Assembly (NCBI GenBank): GCA_001189195.1
Contig: LFCQ01000003.1
Coordinates: 207,791-271,790, forward strand
Direction of reading: 5' to 3'
Source of the DNA: Parcubacteria bacterium C7867-007
GTDB taxonomy: Bacteria; Patescibacteriota; Minisyncoccia; Phycocordibacterales; Phycocordibacteraceae
DNA length: 64,000 nucleotides
Made by a program: the position numbers and the translations under genes. The notes under the pieces are model-generated. The model worked only from the letters and a program-made list of their open reading frames with translations, was not told the origin of the DNA and did no database searches. Shown here one piece after another: positions 1-9,289 of this stretch (within the stretch, counting starts at the first letter, position 1; each line of letters opens with the position of its first letter).

Positions 1-1
1 T

Positions 2-847
2 GGGTACAGTGCACTAGCCATTGGACCAAACACCTTTTATGCCGGGAATGGATTTAGCAGTGCAAGTGCAATCACGTGCGCATCGGACCCTTTTGGATGT
101 GCACAGCTCCACCTGTTTGATGCCCATGACACCGCACCAGTACGTATTGCTTCAATACAAATGCCTGCAGCAAGCGGCAGCGTTCCTGCTAGTGCAGTTA
201 TGTACAGGAGTGGAGTTCTCTATCTTGGACTTTCGAAAACAACGGGTGGGCAGGAGCTCCATCTAATCGATGTGCACGAGCCATCACTACCCAAGCATCT
301 TGGTGGATACACCGCTGGTAGAGGGGTAAACGGCATTGCTGCTGATCAACATGTTGCCTACATAACCACAGATGACAATAGCTCGTCAGGTAAGGCACTT
401 ATTGCACTGGACATACAAGACCCTACACATCCAGTAGAACTCGCATCATATAGATTTCTTGGTGCGGGGTATGCTCGACGCGTAGTACGTTCCGGGTCTC
501 GGTTGTATGTGGGACGTTCTTTTAGTGCAGGGACTTCAGAAGAGCTCTCTGTTCTGGATCGTTCCGACATATCAACACTCACTCGAATAGGTGGTATCGA
601 CATTGGCACTTCTCGGGCACCGGGTGGGGTGCGAGAGATACTGATTCGTGACTTCCTCGCATTTGTTCTATCGGAACGATCACTACAAATATGGAATATT
701 AGTGATCTATCAGAAATATCCCTATATGCATCAGTACCCCTCCCTAACGGTACGGGCACTTCTCTTAGTTGCAGGAACAACATGTTGTATGTCGGTTCAG
801 CAGGTGCAGAGGGAAATGGATTCTTAACGACCATAACTAGCTCTTAG
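2..847 (+). CDS. LVIVD-repeat / beta-propeller-like protein, 5'-truncated at window edge
   Basis: The frame is open from position 2. Repeated 'hydrophobic-x-[VL]-D-x-x-D/S-P-x-x-P' strings (e.g. LDIQDPTHPVELASY, LSVLDRSDISTL, IWNISDLSEISL) resemble the LVIVD repeat. Family assignment is from memory only. Confidence 0.4.
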   Translation, partial: GYSALAIGPNTFYAGNGFSSASAITCASDPFGCAQLHLFDAHDTAPVRIASIQMPAASGSVPASAVMYRSGVLYLGLSKTTGGQELHLIDVHEPSLPKHLGGYTAGRGVNGIAADQHVAYITTDDNSSSGKALIALDIQDPTHPVELASYRFLGAGYARRVVRSGSRLYVGRSFSAGTSEELSVLDRSDISTLTRIGGIDIGTSRAPGGVREILIRDFLAFVLSERSLQIWNISDLSEISLYASVPLPNGTGTSLSCRNNMLYVGSAGAEGNGFLTTITSS

Positions 848-848
848 T

Positions 849-1223
849 ATGCAGGGACTTACGCTTATTGAGACTCTCATCTACGTTGCTCTATTTACTC
901 TTATGATGAGTACCCTTATTCCTGCAGCAGCTGCTATTCAACAGACAGCAACACAAAATAACACACGGGCATTTGTCGTATACGAGGGAATGTTTTTGAT
1001 TGAGACTCTGTCGCAGGCAGTCATGGATGAAAGTATTAGTGCTTATCAACTCGTTGATTCTCGGCTCTTGCGTGATGGCATACCCATAAGCAGTACACAA
1101 ACACGTATGGAAGAATTTACTGCCACTCACGCTTTTGATGACCCACCCTTCTGGACGATTCGCTTTGTGCTCAATTCAGGTGGTATTAGGGAGGAGTTTT
1201 CACAACAAGAATATGAGCTATAG
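849..1223 (+). CDS. prepilin-type N-terminal cleavage/methylation domain protein (pseudopilin / minor pilin)
   Basis: N-terminus MQGLTLIETLIYVALFTLMMS matches the type IV pilin class III leader plus a hydrophobic helix. Small size (124 aa) fits, and it lies in a pilin gene cluster. Confidence 0.6.
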   Translation: MQGLTLIETLIYVALFTLMMSTLIPAAAAIQQTATQNNTRAFVVYEGMFLIETLSQAVMDESISAYQLVDSRLLRDGIPISSTQTRMEEFTATHAFDDPPFWTIRFVLNSGGIREEFSQQEYEL

Positions 1224-1626
1224 AAAGAATGGATACATTGCACTACTCACGGCAGTGATACTGACGGCTATACTCACCGCTACCGCATTTGCGGTAGGAA
1301 CAAGTACGTTTCTTGCGCGCAGTGATGTACTTGAGCATCAACAGTATCTCCAGGCACAGCACTATGCTCGTTCATGCGTATATGTTGCATTGTATGCATT
1401 AGCTAAAGATTATTCATACCAACCTGAGACAGCAGGAGCTGTGGTCTCCCTGTCTCCACATACCACATGTGTTATTCATTCAGTTCATAGAGGCAGTACA
1501 GAAGTTTTAATTAGAACATCTGCAAAAATACACCGCACTCGAAGTACTATCGAAGCACGGGCGACTGCAACCTCAACTGCTGCAGTACCTATACTTACAT
1601 CTTGGAAAGAACTGTATTCAATATAA
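1213..1626 (+). CDS. pilin-like minor pseudopilin (putative)
   Basis: The in-frame ATG at 1213 gives MSYRKNGYIALLTAVILTAILTATAFAV, an N-terminal hydrophobic helix like minor pilins. It overlaps the previous gene by 11 nt and sits between two pilin genes. Confidence 0.4.
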   Translation: MSYRKNGYIALLTAVILTAILTATAFAVGTSTFLARSDVLEHQQYLQAQHYARSCVYVALYALAKDYSYQPETAGAVVSLSPHTTCVIHSVHRGSTEVLIRTSAKIHRTRSTIEARATATSTAAVPILTSWKELYSI

Positions 1627-1725
1627 AGAAATGTATAGCTGCGGCGGGTACTGAATGGACTAATTAGGTATGGCAATCGTACGCCAGGTATCACACTTAT
1701 ATGTGTACTCATTCAATACTTTTCT

Positions 1726-2205
1726 ATGCATCAAAAACGTACCACTCCACTTCCTTTCGGGTTCACGCTTATAGAAATTCTAGTTGTTATTGGCATGATT
1801 GCCGTCTTGGCCGGCATAGTTCTTACCGCAATAAATCCATTACGTCAGTTTGCTCTTGCCCGTAACGCACAACGCGCGAGTGATGTGAATGCGATCCTTA
1901 ACGCAATAGGTCAGCGCATTGCGGAGAATCAAGGAGTGTTTACTGATGCAAGCGACTGCATACGCCCCCTCCCAAATACTTCTACGGATATTTCTTCAAG
2001 TGCTTTCGACCTGAGGACTTGCCTGGTTCCCTCATATATCTCTGAGCTTCCTATTGATCCTTCTGCGGGTACTTTGTCCGGAGCGACATATGATTCGGGA
2101 TACACGGTTACTCAAGCAAGCTCAACGGGTCGTATCACTATTTGTGCCCCGAACGCTGCAGAATCAGCTATTGTTGATTCTCAACCCTACTGCCTCACGA
2201 GATAG
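1726..2205 (+). CDS. type IV pilin (major pilin-like), prepilin N-terminal methylation domain
   Basis: The textbook motif GFTLIEILVVIGMIAVLAGIVL follows a short basic leader (MHQKRTTPLPF). The C-terminal region carries a Cys pair (C...C). Confidence 0.75.
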   Translation: MHQKRTTPLPFGFTLIEILVVIGMIAVLAGIVLTAINPLRQFALARNAQRASDVNAILNAIGQRIAENQGVFTDASDCIRPLPNTSTDISSSAFDLRTCLVPSYISELPIDPSAGTLSGATYDSGYTVTQASSTGRITICAPNAAESAIVDSQPYCLTR

Positions 2206-2320
2206 CTACTTTACGGTCTGGAATCAAGGGCGTACCTTTCATGAAGGTATCTTCATGAAGCCTTCATGCATAAACAGGGATACTCGAACTATTAGCCGAA
2301 CCCTGTAACCCCAGACCCGT

Positions 2321-2998
2321 ATGAGAATCCTCATTGTCGAAGACGAAGCGAAACTGGCAGAAGCACTCAAGAAAGGTCTTGAGCTCAAAGGCTACACCGT
2401 AGACTGGCTTGATGATAGCGAGAAGGCACGCACCCGCATCCTGCTCTATCGGGAGGAGTACGATCTCATCCTACTGGACCTCATGCTTCCAGGTATTGAT
2501 GGCGCAACTATATGCAAGGAGGTGCGCGCTGAAGGTGTCACTACTCCCATAATCATCCTAACGGCGCGTGATGAAACAGAGCAGAAGGTTAATCTCTTGA
2601 ATCTTGGTGCAGACGACTACATTGCAAAACCATTCTCCTTTGATGAGGTAGTGGCGCGTATGAATGCGGTGATGCGTCGTCCTTCTGAAACACTTCCAAC
2701 CACCCTCAAGGTTCGCGATATAGAACTTGATCCAGGCAAGCACACGGTAACAAAGAGCGGCGAACCTGTTGCACTAACCCTCAAGGAGTTCTCACTGCTT
2801 GAGTTCTTTATGCGTCATCCAAACGAAGCGTTGAAGCGCGAACAAGTTCTTGATCATGTATGGAGCTTCGACTTTCCTGCGTTTAGTAACGTGCTTGATG
2901 TGCATATGAAGAACCTTCGTAAGAAACTCGATGATTATGCAAATGCCGACCCCCTCTTCGAAACGATTCGAGGTATTGGGTACCGACTTAACGGATAG
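2321..2998 (+). CDS. OmpR/PhoB-family DNA-binding response regulator
   Basis: REC domain (MRILIVEDE...LLDLMLPGIDG...ILTARD) plus a winged-helix trans_reg_C domain (LTLKEFSLLEFFMRHPNEALKREQVLDHVW...RGIGYRL). Confidence 0.9.
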   Translation: MRILIVEDEAKLAEALKKGLELKGYTVDWLDDSEKARTRILLYREEYDLILLDLMLPGIDGATICKEVRAEGVTTPIIILTARDETEQKVNLLNLGADDYIAKPFSFDEVVARMNAVMRRPSETLPTTLKVRDIELDPGKHTVTKSGEPVALTLKEFSLLEFFMRHPNEALKREQVLDHVWSFDFPAFSNVLDVHMKNLRKKLDDYANADPLFETIRGIGYRLNG

Positions 2999-4073
2999 GT
3001 ACCGCAATAACCCGTACGTTAAAAGTACGGTACATATAATTGCGCTGCAGATCACGCTCACCATCCTTACCGTTGCGGTGTTTGGGTGGGGCCTCCAATA
3101 CTCACAAACTCAGATTGTAAGCTCTATTAGCGAGCATATTGCGCAGGCAATGCAGGGCGGTACCACAAGCAGCATTTCCCTTGGCGAATCAATCACTGAT
3201 GTGCAGTCGCAAACCATTGGATATGTGTTTGCGGTACTGATTCTTCTAACCATTCTATTTGGTTTTCTGGCGGCACGCTTTGCGCTACGACCCGCTCGCG
3301 ATTCACTTCGATTCCAGAAACGGTTTATTGGAAACGTGGCTCATGAAATCCGTACCCCACTCGCGGTTATTAAAACGAGTACCGAGGTTGCGCTCATGAA
3401 TCCGGGGGTATCAAGGGACATGCGCGAAACTCTAACCCAAACAATTAAGGAGCTTGATAGAATCTCAGAGACAATCAACAATCTTCTTTCTTTTGATAAC
3501 CTCATTCGCCCGGGCCGAATTAAATCACAACCCGTGGATCTTGGAATCCTTGTACGGGAAGCAGCAGCAAAGCATCAGGCACTAGCACACTCACGAGGGA
3601 TAACTCTGTCGGTACGAATACTAGATACTGAATACTGCATTTTAGGTAACGAGGTTGCACTAGATCAGGTACTCACTAACTTAATTAAAAACGCGATCAA
3701 CTATACTCCTGAACACAAGAATGGTTCGGTCTCCGTATCTCTTGAAGAGGACTATCAAGGACGGATTATTGTATTGATAGAAGACACAGGTATCGGTATT
3801 GCACAGAAGGATCTCTATCACATATTTGAACCTTTCTTTCGAGCTGAAACATCACGCAACCGGGGTATCGGTGGCGGAACTTCTGGTCTGGGTCTGGCTA
3901 TAGTCAATGAGATAGTACGCCTTCATCGTGGAAGTATCACGGTGCGCAGTGTTGTGGGTCGTGGTACGACCATTGAGCTATGCTTCCCTCGCATTGGGAG
4001 CGAGTCTCAAAAGAAGCCGGGGAACAGCGACTCGAATGATGGCGTGGAAGAAGTGGAAATGAATCTTGGCTAG
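2931..4073 (+). CDS. sensor histidine kinase (HisKA + HATPase_c)
   Basis: H-box HEIRTPLAVIKT, N-box LIKNAINYT, G-boxes IEDTGIGI and GGGTSGLGLAIV, and N-terminal TM segments. The 5' end overlaps the regulator, so the exact start is uncertain (2931 or a downstream Met). Confidence 0.85.
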   Translation: MIMQMPTPSSKRFEVLGTDLTDRYRNNPYVKSTVHIIALQITLTILTVAVFGWGLQYSQTQIVSSISEHIAQAMQGGTTSSISLGESITDVQSQTIGYVFAVLILLTILFGFLAARFALRPARDSLRFQKRFIGNVAHEIRTPLAVIKTSTEVALMNPGVSRDMRETLTQTIKELDRISETINNLLSFDNLIRPGRIKSQPVDLGILVREAAAKHQALAHSRGITLSVRILDTEYCILGNEVALDQVLTNLIKNAINYTPEHKNGSVSVSLEEDYQGRIIVLIEDTGIGIAQKDLYHIFEPFFRAETSRNRGIGGGTSGLGLAIVNEIVRLHRGSITVRSVVGRGTTIELCFPRIGSESQKKPGNSDSNDGVEEVEMNLG

Positions 4074-4582
4074 AGACCCTGATTCACCGATCCACTCGTA
4101 CGACGAATGAGATCATCACGCATCATTTCTGCTTCTACTTTTGTGAGTCCAGGAAGTATGCCTTCTGCACCTAGGTTAGTTCCACCATATTGGCTCACAC
4201 CACTGGAACCTGCAGTCTGAATATTTAGACTCGAAAGTCCAAGAAGGCGATCCAGAATACCGCGGTTGATATCAACATTCTGAATACGTGCGTACGGAAT
4301 GGTTACGTATCGTTTATAAATCACGCCAGACTCCTTCTTAAAACCTAAATCAGTCAGTTCATACTTGTATGTCTGATACGTTAGTTTTGCCCAGAGGTAT
4401 GAAAATGCGAGTAGTAGCAGTGCAATGAGCGCACTCCACATAACGGCTGTCTGGATCGAAAACACTTCAGAATCAAGAGCCATAAATCCAATACCAATAA
4501 AGGCAAAGAAGAGGACGAATAGGTAGGAAATGAAGTTCCCCACAAAGAATAAGTAGAATGATTTTGGATCAAGATGTTTCAT
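4070..4582 (-). CDS. bacterial PH-domain (bPH_2 / YdbS-like) membrane protein
   Basis: Two N-terminal TM helices are followed by a YKYELTDLGFKKESGVIYKRYVTIPYARIQNVDINRGILDRLLGLSSL pattern typical of DUF304/bPH_2. Confidence 0.55.
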   Translation of the reverse strand: MKHLDPKSFYLFFVGNFISYLFVLFFAFIGIGFMALDSEVFSIQTAVMWSALIALLLLAFSYLWAKLTYQTYKYELTDLGFKKESGVIYKRYVTIPYARIQNVDINRGILDRLLGLSSLNIQTAGSSGVSQYGGTNLGAEGILPGLTKVEAEMMRDDLIRRTSGSVNQGL

Positions 4583-4588
4583 GTGTGT

Positions 4589-5056
4589 TTAATTATTTTC
4601 TGAAGCTATTTGTCGCATGTATTTCACGGTTAGATACAGAGACGGCATCGCAAGTAAGATCAGGAGCACAAGGTCGGTATAGCCGTAGAATTCAAGCTGA
4701 GTAAATCCGATGAGTAGCGATAGGGTTAGGACTGCAATGCCAACAGGTATCAAGATGACCGCAATAGGAAAACTAATTGATAGATAACGATACCAAAACC
4801 TCTTTCCATCTCCCTTCTTATTAAGGTAGTACGCAAGTGCGGTGATACCAATCAGAAGCAGCACCTCAACACCAAACTCTGCCCATTTGAGCCATGCGGG
4901 AATGTAGAGGTAGTCATATGCACCCGTGAATGGAACTACGAGAAGCAGACAGAACGCCGCAAAGATTATTGCGTATGCAACAAACTCTCCCTTCCCCACC
5001 TTCTCTTCTTTAAGAGCCTGGGCCATCTTCCATGGCATGAATAGTCGCGTAAGCAT
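4589..5056 (-). CDS. hypothetical polytopic membrane protein
   Basis: Four predicted TM helices. The start is set at Met45 of the ORF (5056) to avoid overlapping the stop of the downstream convergent-frame gene. No recognisable family. Confidence 0.4.
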   Translation of the reverse strand: MLTRLFMPWKMAQALKEEKVGKGEFVAYAIIFAAFCLLLVVPFTGAYDYLYIPAWLKWAEFGVEVLLLIGITALAYYLNKKGDGKRFWYRYLSISFPIAVILIPVGIAVLTLSLLIGFTQLEFYGYTDLVLLILLAMPSLYLTVKYMRQIASENN

Positions 5057-5066
5057 ATCTATATAT

Positions 5067-5885
5067 TTAGTATTTAATGGTTCGCCCTGTGTCGAAGTAG
5101 AAGTAGCCTTCCTGATCAATATAGAACTTGATGTTGGTATTTGGATTCTCTCCCGCAAGTTCAAATTCTGGATTGCTCTTAGTCTCACGCACCAGCTTAA
5201 AGACTAGAGAATCGCTCATTCCACCTTGACCATCAATTTCTTGATTGCGTGCGTAATAATAAACTTTATTACCTATCGCAAGGTACGCCGACAGTGTATC
5301 CAAAGTTACGAGAATCCTTGGTTTCTGTCCATTGAGTTGTACTGCGAAGCTTTCAGTACCTTCGTAGATTGTTTCATCATCATATCCAAGACTTATATAT
5401 GACGATGCGGCATTGAGTTTCTGGGCAGCAGCGTCTGCAATAAGTGGTTGAAATGATTCTGGGTCTGCATAGGGTATTGGGTTCGATTCGAAATACACGT
5501 GCGACTGATCACGTCCATATCGTGGCGCATCAGGATACATAGTAAATGTATCGACGTTCCGCGTAACCAACCAGGAGGTATCGTTAAAGTTGTAATACAC
5601 TGCACCAAATTCAGGTATTACGTAGTAACCACCACACGGTAGATCATTCTTGTGGACTGAAAGAAGGAGTTCTGGAGCATCGTAATTGCATACAGGGGCA
5701 TCAGCAGTACTCTTGCCATCAACTTCCTTCCCATTTTCATATACGAACCTCGGCCCACCCTCATTGTAGTGAATGGTTTCTGGAATGTCTTTGTTCTGCA
5801 CTAAGTATATAAGTGCTCCAAGAGCGAGCAGGATCGCTAGTGCTGCACCAATGCGCCACACGTATTTCTCTACAACAGTCATCAT
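5067..5885 (-). CDS. hypothetical N-terminally membrane-anchored extracytoplasmic protein
   Basis: N-terminal TM anchor (IGAALAILLALGALIYLV) followed by ~240 aa rich in Y/N/D. No family recognised. Confidence 0.45.
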   Translation of the reverse strand: MMTVVEKYVWRIGAALAILLALGALIYLVQNKDIPETIHYNEGGPRFVYENGKEVDGKSTADAPVCNYDAPELLLSVHKNDLPCGGYYVIPEFGAVYYNFNDTSWLVTRNVDTFTMYPDAPRYGRDQSHVYFESNPIPYADPESFQPLIADAAAQKLNAASSYISLGYDDETIYEGTESFAVQLNGQKPRILVTLDTLSAYLAIGNKVYYYARNQEIDGQGGMSDSLVFKLVRETKSNPEFELAGENPNTNIKFYIDQEGYFYFDTGRTIKY

Positions 5886-5909
5886 ATATAGCTAAGAATA
5901 GCACTCACT

Positions 5910-6710
5910 CTATGCTTTGAGTCCAGTGCCCCTCTTGAAAAAGAAGAGTGTTAGAACAATAAGCACCGCAATTATGCTGTACATAACAATGAAGCAGGTA
6001 CTTAACGGAACATCGCTAACCCCAAGGAACCCATAGCGGAATGCGTTCACCATATAGAGGATAGGGTTGAAGAGCGAGAGTGTGCGGAAGAAGTCTGGTA
6101 GCTGATCAATTGAATAGAAGATACCTCCGAGGTACGTAAGCGGGGTTAATACGAAGGTCGGAACGATGTTAATTGCATCGAAGGACTTCGCGAACATACC
6201 GTTCACCAAACCAGCAAAGGAGAACAGAAGTGAGGTGAGGACGGCAGCAAGGATAACGATGGCGATATTGAATACCACGAGTTTAGTGAATAGAAGTGAG
6301 ACACCAATCACGAGTATACCCACCAACAGACCTCGCATAACACCACCCGTTACATATCCGGCAATAATCACCCAGTCTGGCATGGGAGATGCAAATAACT
6401 CATCAATGGTATGCATCCATTTTGCAAAATAGAATGTAGAGACCGTATTCATGTACGAACTTGTGATGATCGCCATCATAACCAAGCCTGGCACAATGAA
6501 GAGCATGTATGAGAAGCCCTGGATTTCATCTACCTGGGAGCCAATGAATGCCCCAAAGATAGCAAAGTACAGTGCTGTCGTGATAATCGGTGGAAGAAGT
6601 GTCTGTGACCAGATGCGAATGATGCGAATGAACTCCTTTCGGATCATTGTGTAGTACCCAATAAGTATCGGGGCACGATTGGGGTGTGCGATTGCGATTG
6701 TCGGTTCCAT
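5910..6710 (-). CDS. ABC-2 type transporter permease
   Basis: Six TM helices and ABC-2 family length/organisation. It lies immediately downstream of an ABC ATPase gene on the same strand. Confidence 0.8.
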   Translation of the reverse strand: MEPTIAIAHPNRAPILIGYYTMIRKEFIRIIRIWSQTLLPPIITTALYFAIFGAFIGSQVDEIQGFSYMLFIVPGLVMMAIITSSYMNTVSTFYFAKWMHTIDELFASPMPDWVIIAGYVTGGVMRGLLVGILVIGVSLLFTKLVVFNIAIVILAAVLTSLLFSFAGLVNGMFAKSFDAINIVPTFVLTPLTYLGGIFYSIDQLPDFFRTLSLFNPILYMVNAFRYGFLGVSDVPLSTCFIVMYSIIAVLIVLTLFFFKRGTGLKA

Positions 6711-6714
6711 ACAA

Positions 6715-7668
6715 TTATTTCTTTTCAGTTAGATTCACGAACACTTCTTCAAGACGACTCCCTGTATTACGAACATTCATTATCTCGATACCGATTGAAG
6801 AGATCTTGCGGAATGCATCATTCGCAGACTGCTTATGTTCAAGCTTCACTTCAAGAGTGGTGTCATCCATTTTTGTGATGGGATATCCACGAAGTAGTTC
6901 CATGTCCGCGAGCTTGAGCGGATCTTTGGTATCCACTAGTAACGTAGCGGTATTCAAGCTACTGAGTAGTCCCTTTACACTTCCCTCCTTAACAATTTCT
7001 CCCTGGTTAATGATTGCCACACGTCGACACAGCTGCTCAGCCTCTTCGAGATAATGGGTGGTGAGTATGATGGTGGTTCCTGCCGCATTAAGTTCACGAA
7101 GGAAGTCCCACATGCCGCGACGAAGCTCAACGTCCACACCAGCGGTTGGTTCATCAAGAAGCAATACTCGTGGCTTATGCACGAGTGCACGTGCAATAAG
7201 TAAACGACGCTTCATTCCTCCTGAAAGATGCTGCGCCATATCGTTACGCTTTTCCCATAGAGAAAGATCCTTAAGAACCTGTTCTGCGTGCGGCAGCGCC
7301 TCTGCACGTGTAATGCCGTAATACCCGGCCTGATCGAGTACGATATCGATTACCTTTTCAAAGATATTGAAATTGAGTTCCTGAGGCACAAGACCGATGA
7401 ATGCTTTTGCGTGATCTGGGTGCTCATCAATTGATATGCCGTGAATCTGTACCTGTCCTTCGTTCTTAGTTGCAAGACCCGAAACTATTGAAATAAGTGA
7501 GGTCTTTCCGGCACCATTTGGACCCAGGAAGGCAAAGAATTCACCCTGAGGGACGGTGAGGGATACACCTTTAAGCGCTTCAGTACCTGGCTTTTTCTTG
7601 GTTCCTGCGTACGTCTTTTTAAGGCCAATAATCTCAAGTGCGGGGACGGAGGATGATTCAGAAACCAT
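6715..7668 (-). CDS. ABC transporter ATP-binding protein
   Basis: Walker A GPNGAGKTS, signature LSGGMKRRL, Walker B LLLDEPTAGVD. The start is assigned to MVSESSS... at 7668, because the upstream ORF extension has no SD and looks non-coding. Confidence 0.9.
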   Translation of the reverse strand: MVSESSSVPALEIIGLKKTYAGTKKKPGTEALKGVSLTVPQGEFFAFLGPNGAGKTSLISIVSGLATKNEGQVQIHGISIDEHPDHAKAFIGLVPQELNFNIFEKVIDIVLDQAGYYGITRAEALPHAEQVLKDLSLWEKRNDMAQHLSGGMKRRLLIARALVHKPRVLLLDEPTAGVDVELRRGMWDFLRELNAAGTTIILTTHYLEEAEQLCRRVAIINQGEIVKEGSVKGLLSSLNTATLLVDTKDPLKLADMELLRGYPITKMDDTTLEVKLEHKQSANDAFRKISSIGIEIMNVRNTGSRLEEVFVNLTEKK

Positions 7669-7689
7669 AATATTTGCAGTATACCGTGG

Positions 7690-7725
7690 AGCGTTATAGG
7701 AAACAAAAAACGCGCCTATGGGCGC
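7690..7725. terminator. GC hairpin flanked by an A-run and a T-run (bidirectional terminator-like / possible leader attenuator)
   Basis: aaaaaaCGCGCCtatgGGCGCGcttttgtg. It lies between divergently transcribed genes (ABC ATPase start 7668 on -, GtrA start 7884 on +), which is an odd place for a terminator. Confidence 0.4.
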
Positions 7726-7883
7726 GCTTTTGTGTATAAGAGGATGAATGTACGGCCTAGTTGTAAAAAGTGGTTCAACACGAATGCTGAACATAAGCCG
7801 CACATTCATCACCTCACGTATTCCTATTATAGTATGTATGATTTTAAAAGTCAACTAGTGGGCAACACGGTACACTATGTGCG

Positions 7884-8294
7884 ATGCAGTACCTCAAAAG
7901 CCTGGCATTCAGGAGATTCTTAAAATATGCGCTTGTTGGAGGCAGTACCCTTACGTTTGATCTCACCCTCCTCTACATAGCGACCGATATCTTTGGTGTT
8001 CCCTACTATATATCCACCCCAATCGCGTTCTTAATCGCTGTTTCCATTAACTATTTGATAAGTCGTCGCTTTGTATTTAAGGGGACGGAGCGTCGAATAC
8101 ATCATGGGTATGTATATTTCATCACTATCGCTGTAGTGGGTTCATTTGCTACCACTGCCCTTGTTACGGCACTTGTTACTCTCACGGGAATGTACTACTT
8201 GCTGGCCCGTATCCTTGTGGCGTTTGTAATTGGTATAGGAAATTATCTGTTCAACCTCTATCTAAACTTTAGAGTGGTTGGACGACATCAATAA
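7884..8294 (+). CDS. GtrA-family membrane protein (polysaccharide synthesis/translocation associated)
   Basis: RFLKYALVGGSTLTFDLTLLYIATDIFGVPYYISTPIAFLIAVSINYLISRRFVF is the GtrA signature, with four TM helices and ~136 aa. Confidence 0.75.
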   Translation: MQYLKSLAFRRFLKYALVGGSTLTFDLTLLYIATDIFGVPYYISTPIAFLIAVSINYLISRRFVFKGTERRIHHGYVYFITIAVVGSFATTALVTALVTLTGMYYLLARILVAFVIGIGNYLFNLYLNFRVVGRHQ

Positions 8295-8296
8295 AT

Positions 8297-8326
8297 AAGG
8301 AGATCCCGTCTTACGACGGGATCCTT
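8297..8326. terminator. bidirectional intrinsic terminator between convergent genes
   Basis: GGAGATCCCGTC-ttac-GACGGGATCC forms a 9-10 bp stem and sits between the GtrA stop (8294) and the NUDIX stop (8325). Confidence 0.6.
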
Positions 8327-8804
8327 ATACATCCTCCCTGTCCTCAAAGGGGAGGAATTCGATTCTTTCAAATCCACGAGCACGTTCACGATAGTAGACG
8401 TTCGCACAGAACTTCTCTCCCGTGGCTGCTTTGCGGAACCACTCAATATCTGATTCCAGCATGCGCCAATAGGGCAGATCATCCGTCTCATGCCATGAAG
8501 GAATCATTTCTGGTGTCTCGCGTACGACTCCTTCAAAATGCTCTGTACGGAAGACATGAACGCGGAAGTCAGGAATACCGGCGACGTGTGCGGTGACAAT
8601 CGCAACCTTGGTCAAGGTTTCAGGAGAAAGCTTGAGACCAAGTTCCTCGTCCGTTTCGCGTATGGCGCACTCTACCAGGGTTTCACCTGGCTCAAGCTTC
8701 CCACCCGATCCGTTGAGGGTTCCGATTCCAATCTCACCCTTTTTCTTCTCAGCAAGTAAGGTGAGTGGTCCTTTTGTGATGATTACTAGTGAGGCTTCAA
8801 TCAT
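8325..8804 (-). CDS. NUDIX hydrolase
   Basis: Nudix box GGKLEPGETLVECAIRETDEELGL (GX5EX7REUXEEXGU). Confidence 0.8.
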   Translation of the reverse strand: MIEASLVIITKGPLTLLAEKKKGEIGIGTLNGSGGKLEPGETLVECAIRETDEELGLKLSPETLTKVAIVTAHVAGIPDFRVHVFRTEHFEGVVRETPEMIPSWHETDDLPYWRMLESDIEWFRKAATGEKFCANVYYRERARGFERIEFLPFEDREDV

Positions 8805-8866
8805 GATCGTCCTTTCTATAGGTTCAATGCCGAAATAACCATAGCACCCCTGCCTGTGTTATACAC

Positions 8867-9289
8867 GTGTCCCCTGACCTTCTGCGCGTATTACGCTATA
8901 TTATAAGTACGATTTGTATGTCCGGACTATCCCACAGATACCATGAAGACCGCCCGTGGGGATCTTTTGACCGTTTTACAGAAAACGAGCCATCTGAAGT
9001 TAAATTCCTAAATGTTGAAGCAGGAAAGCGTTTTTCACTACAGCGCCACTCAAAGCGTTCAGAGTTCTGGAAGACAATTAAAGGGAGCGGCGTGGCTGAA
9101 GTAGATGGTGTTGAATATCCAATGGAAATAGATAGTGAAGTGATAATCCCTCTTGGATCAACGCACCGTCTCACCGGAGGACCACAGGGGATTACCGTAC
9201 TTGAAATTGCGCTCGGTGAGTTTGATGAGAATGATATCGAACGATTAGAAGACGACTTTGGGCGAGTAGCGGAGCAGACTCATGAATAG
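8867..9289 (+). CDS. cupin-domain protein (mannose-6-phosphate isomerase type II-like cupin)
   Basis: A DRPWGSF motif followed by FLNVEAGKRFSLQRHSKRSEFW...PLGSTHRL resembles the ManC/PMI C-terminal cupin. The true start may be Met19 (8921). Confidence 0.55.
   Translation: MSPDLLRVLRYIISTICMSGLSHRYHEDRPWGSFDRFTENEPSEVKFLNVEAGKRFSLQRHSKRSEFWKTIKGSGVAEVDGVEYPMEIDSEVIIPLGSTHRLTGGPQGITVLEIALGEFDENDIERLEDDFGRVAEQTHE

Noticed and set aside
6686-7854. N-terminal extension of the ABC ATPase ORF (to 7854) and the antisense ORFs 6686-7054 and 7058-7321
   Set aside because: The extension has no SD and precedes a well-placed Met (7668) just before the Walker A region. The antisense ORFs lie within the ATPase gene.
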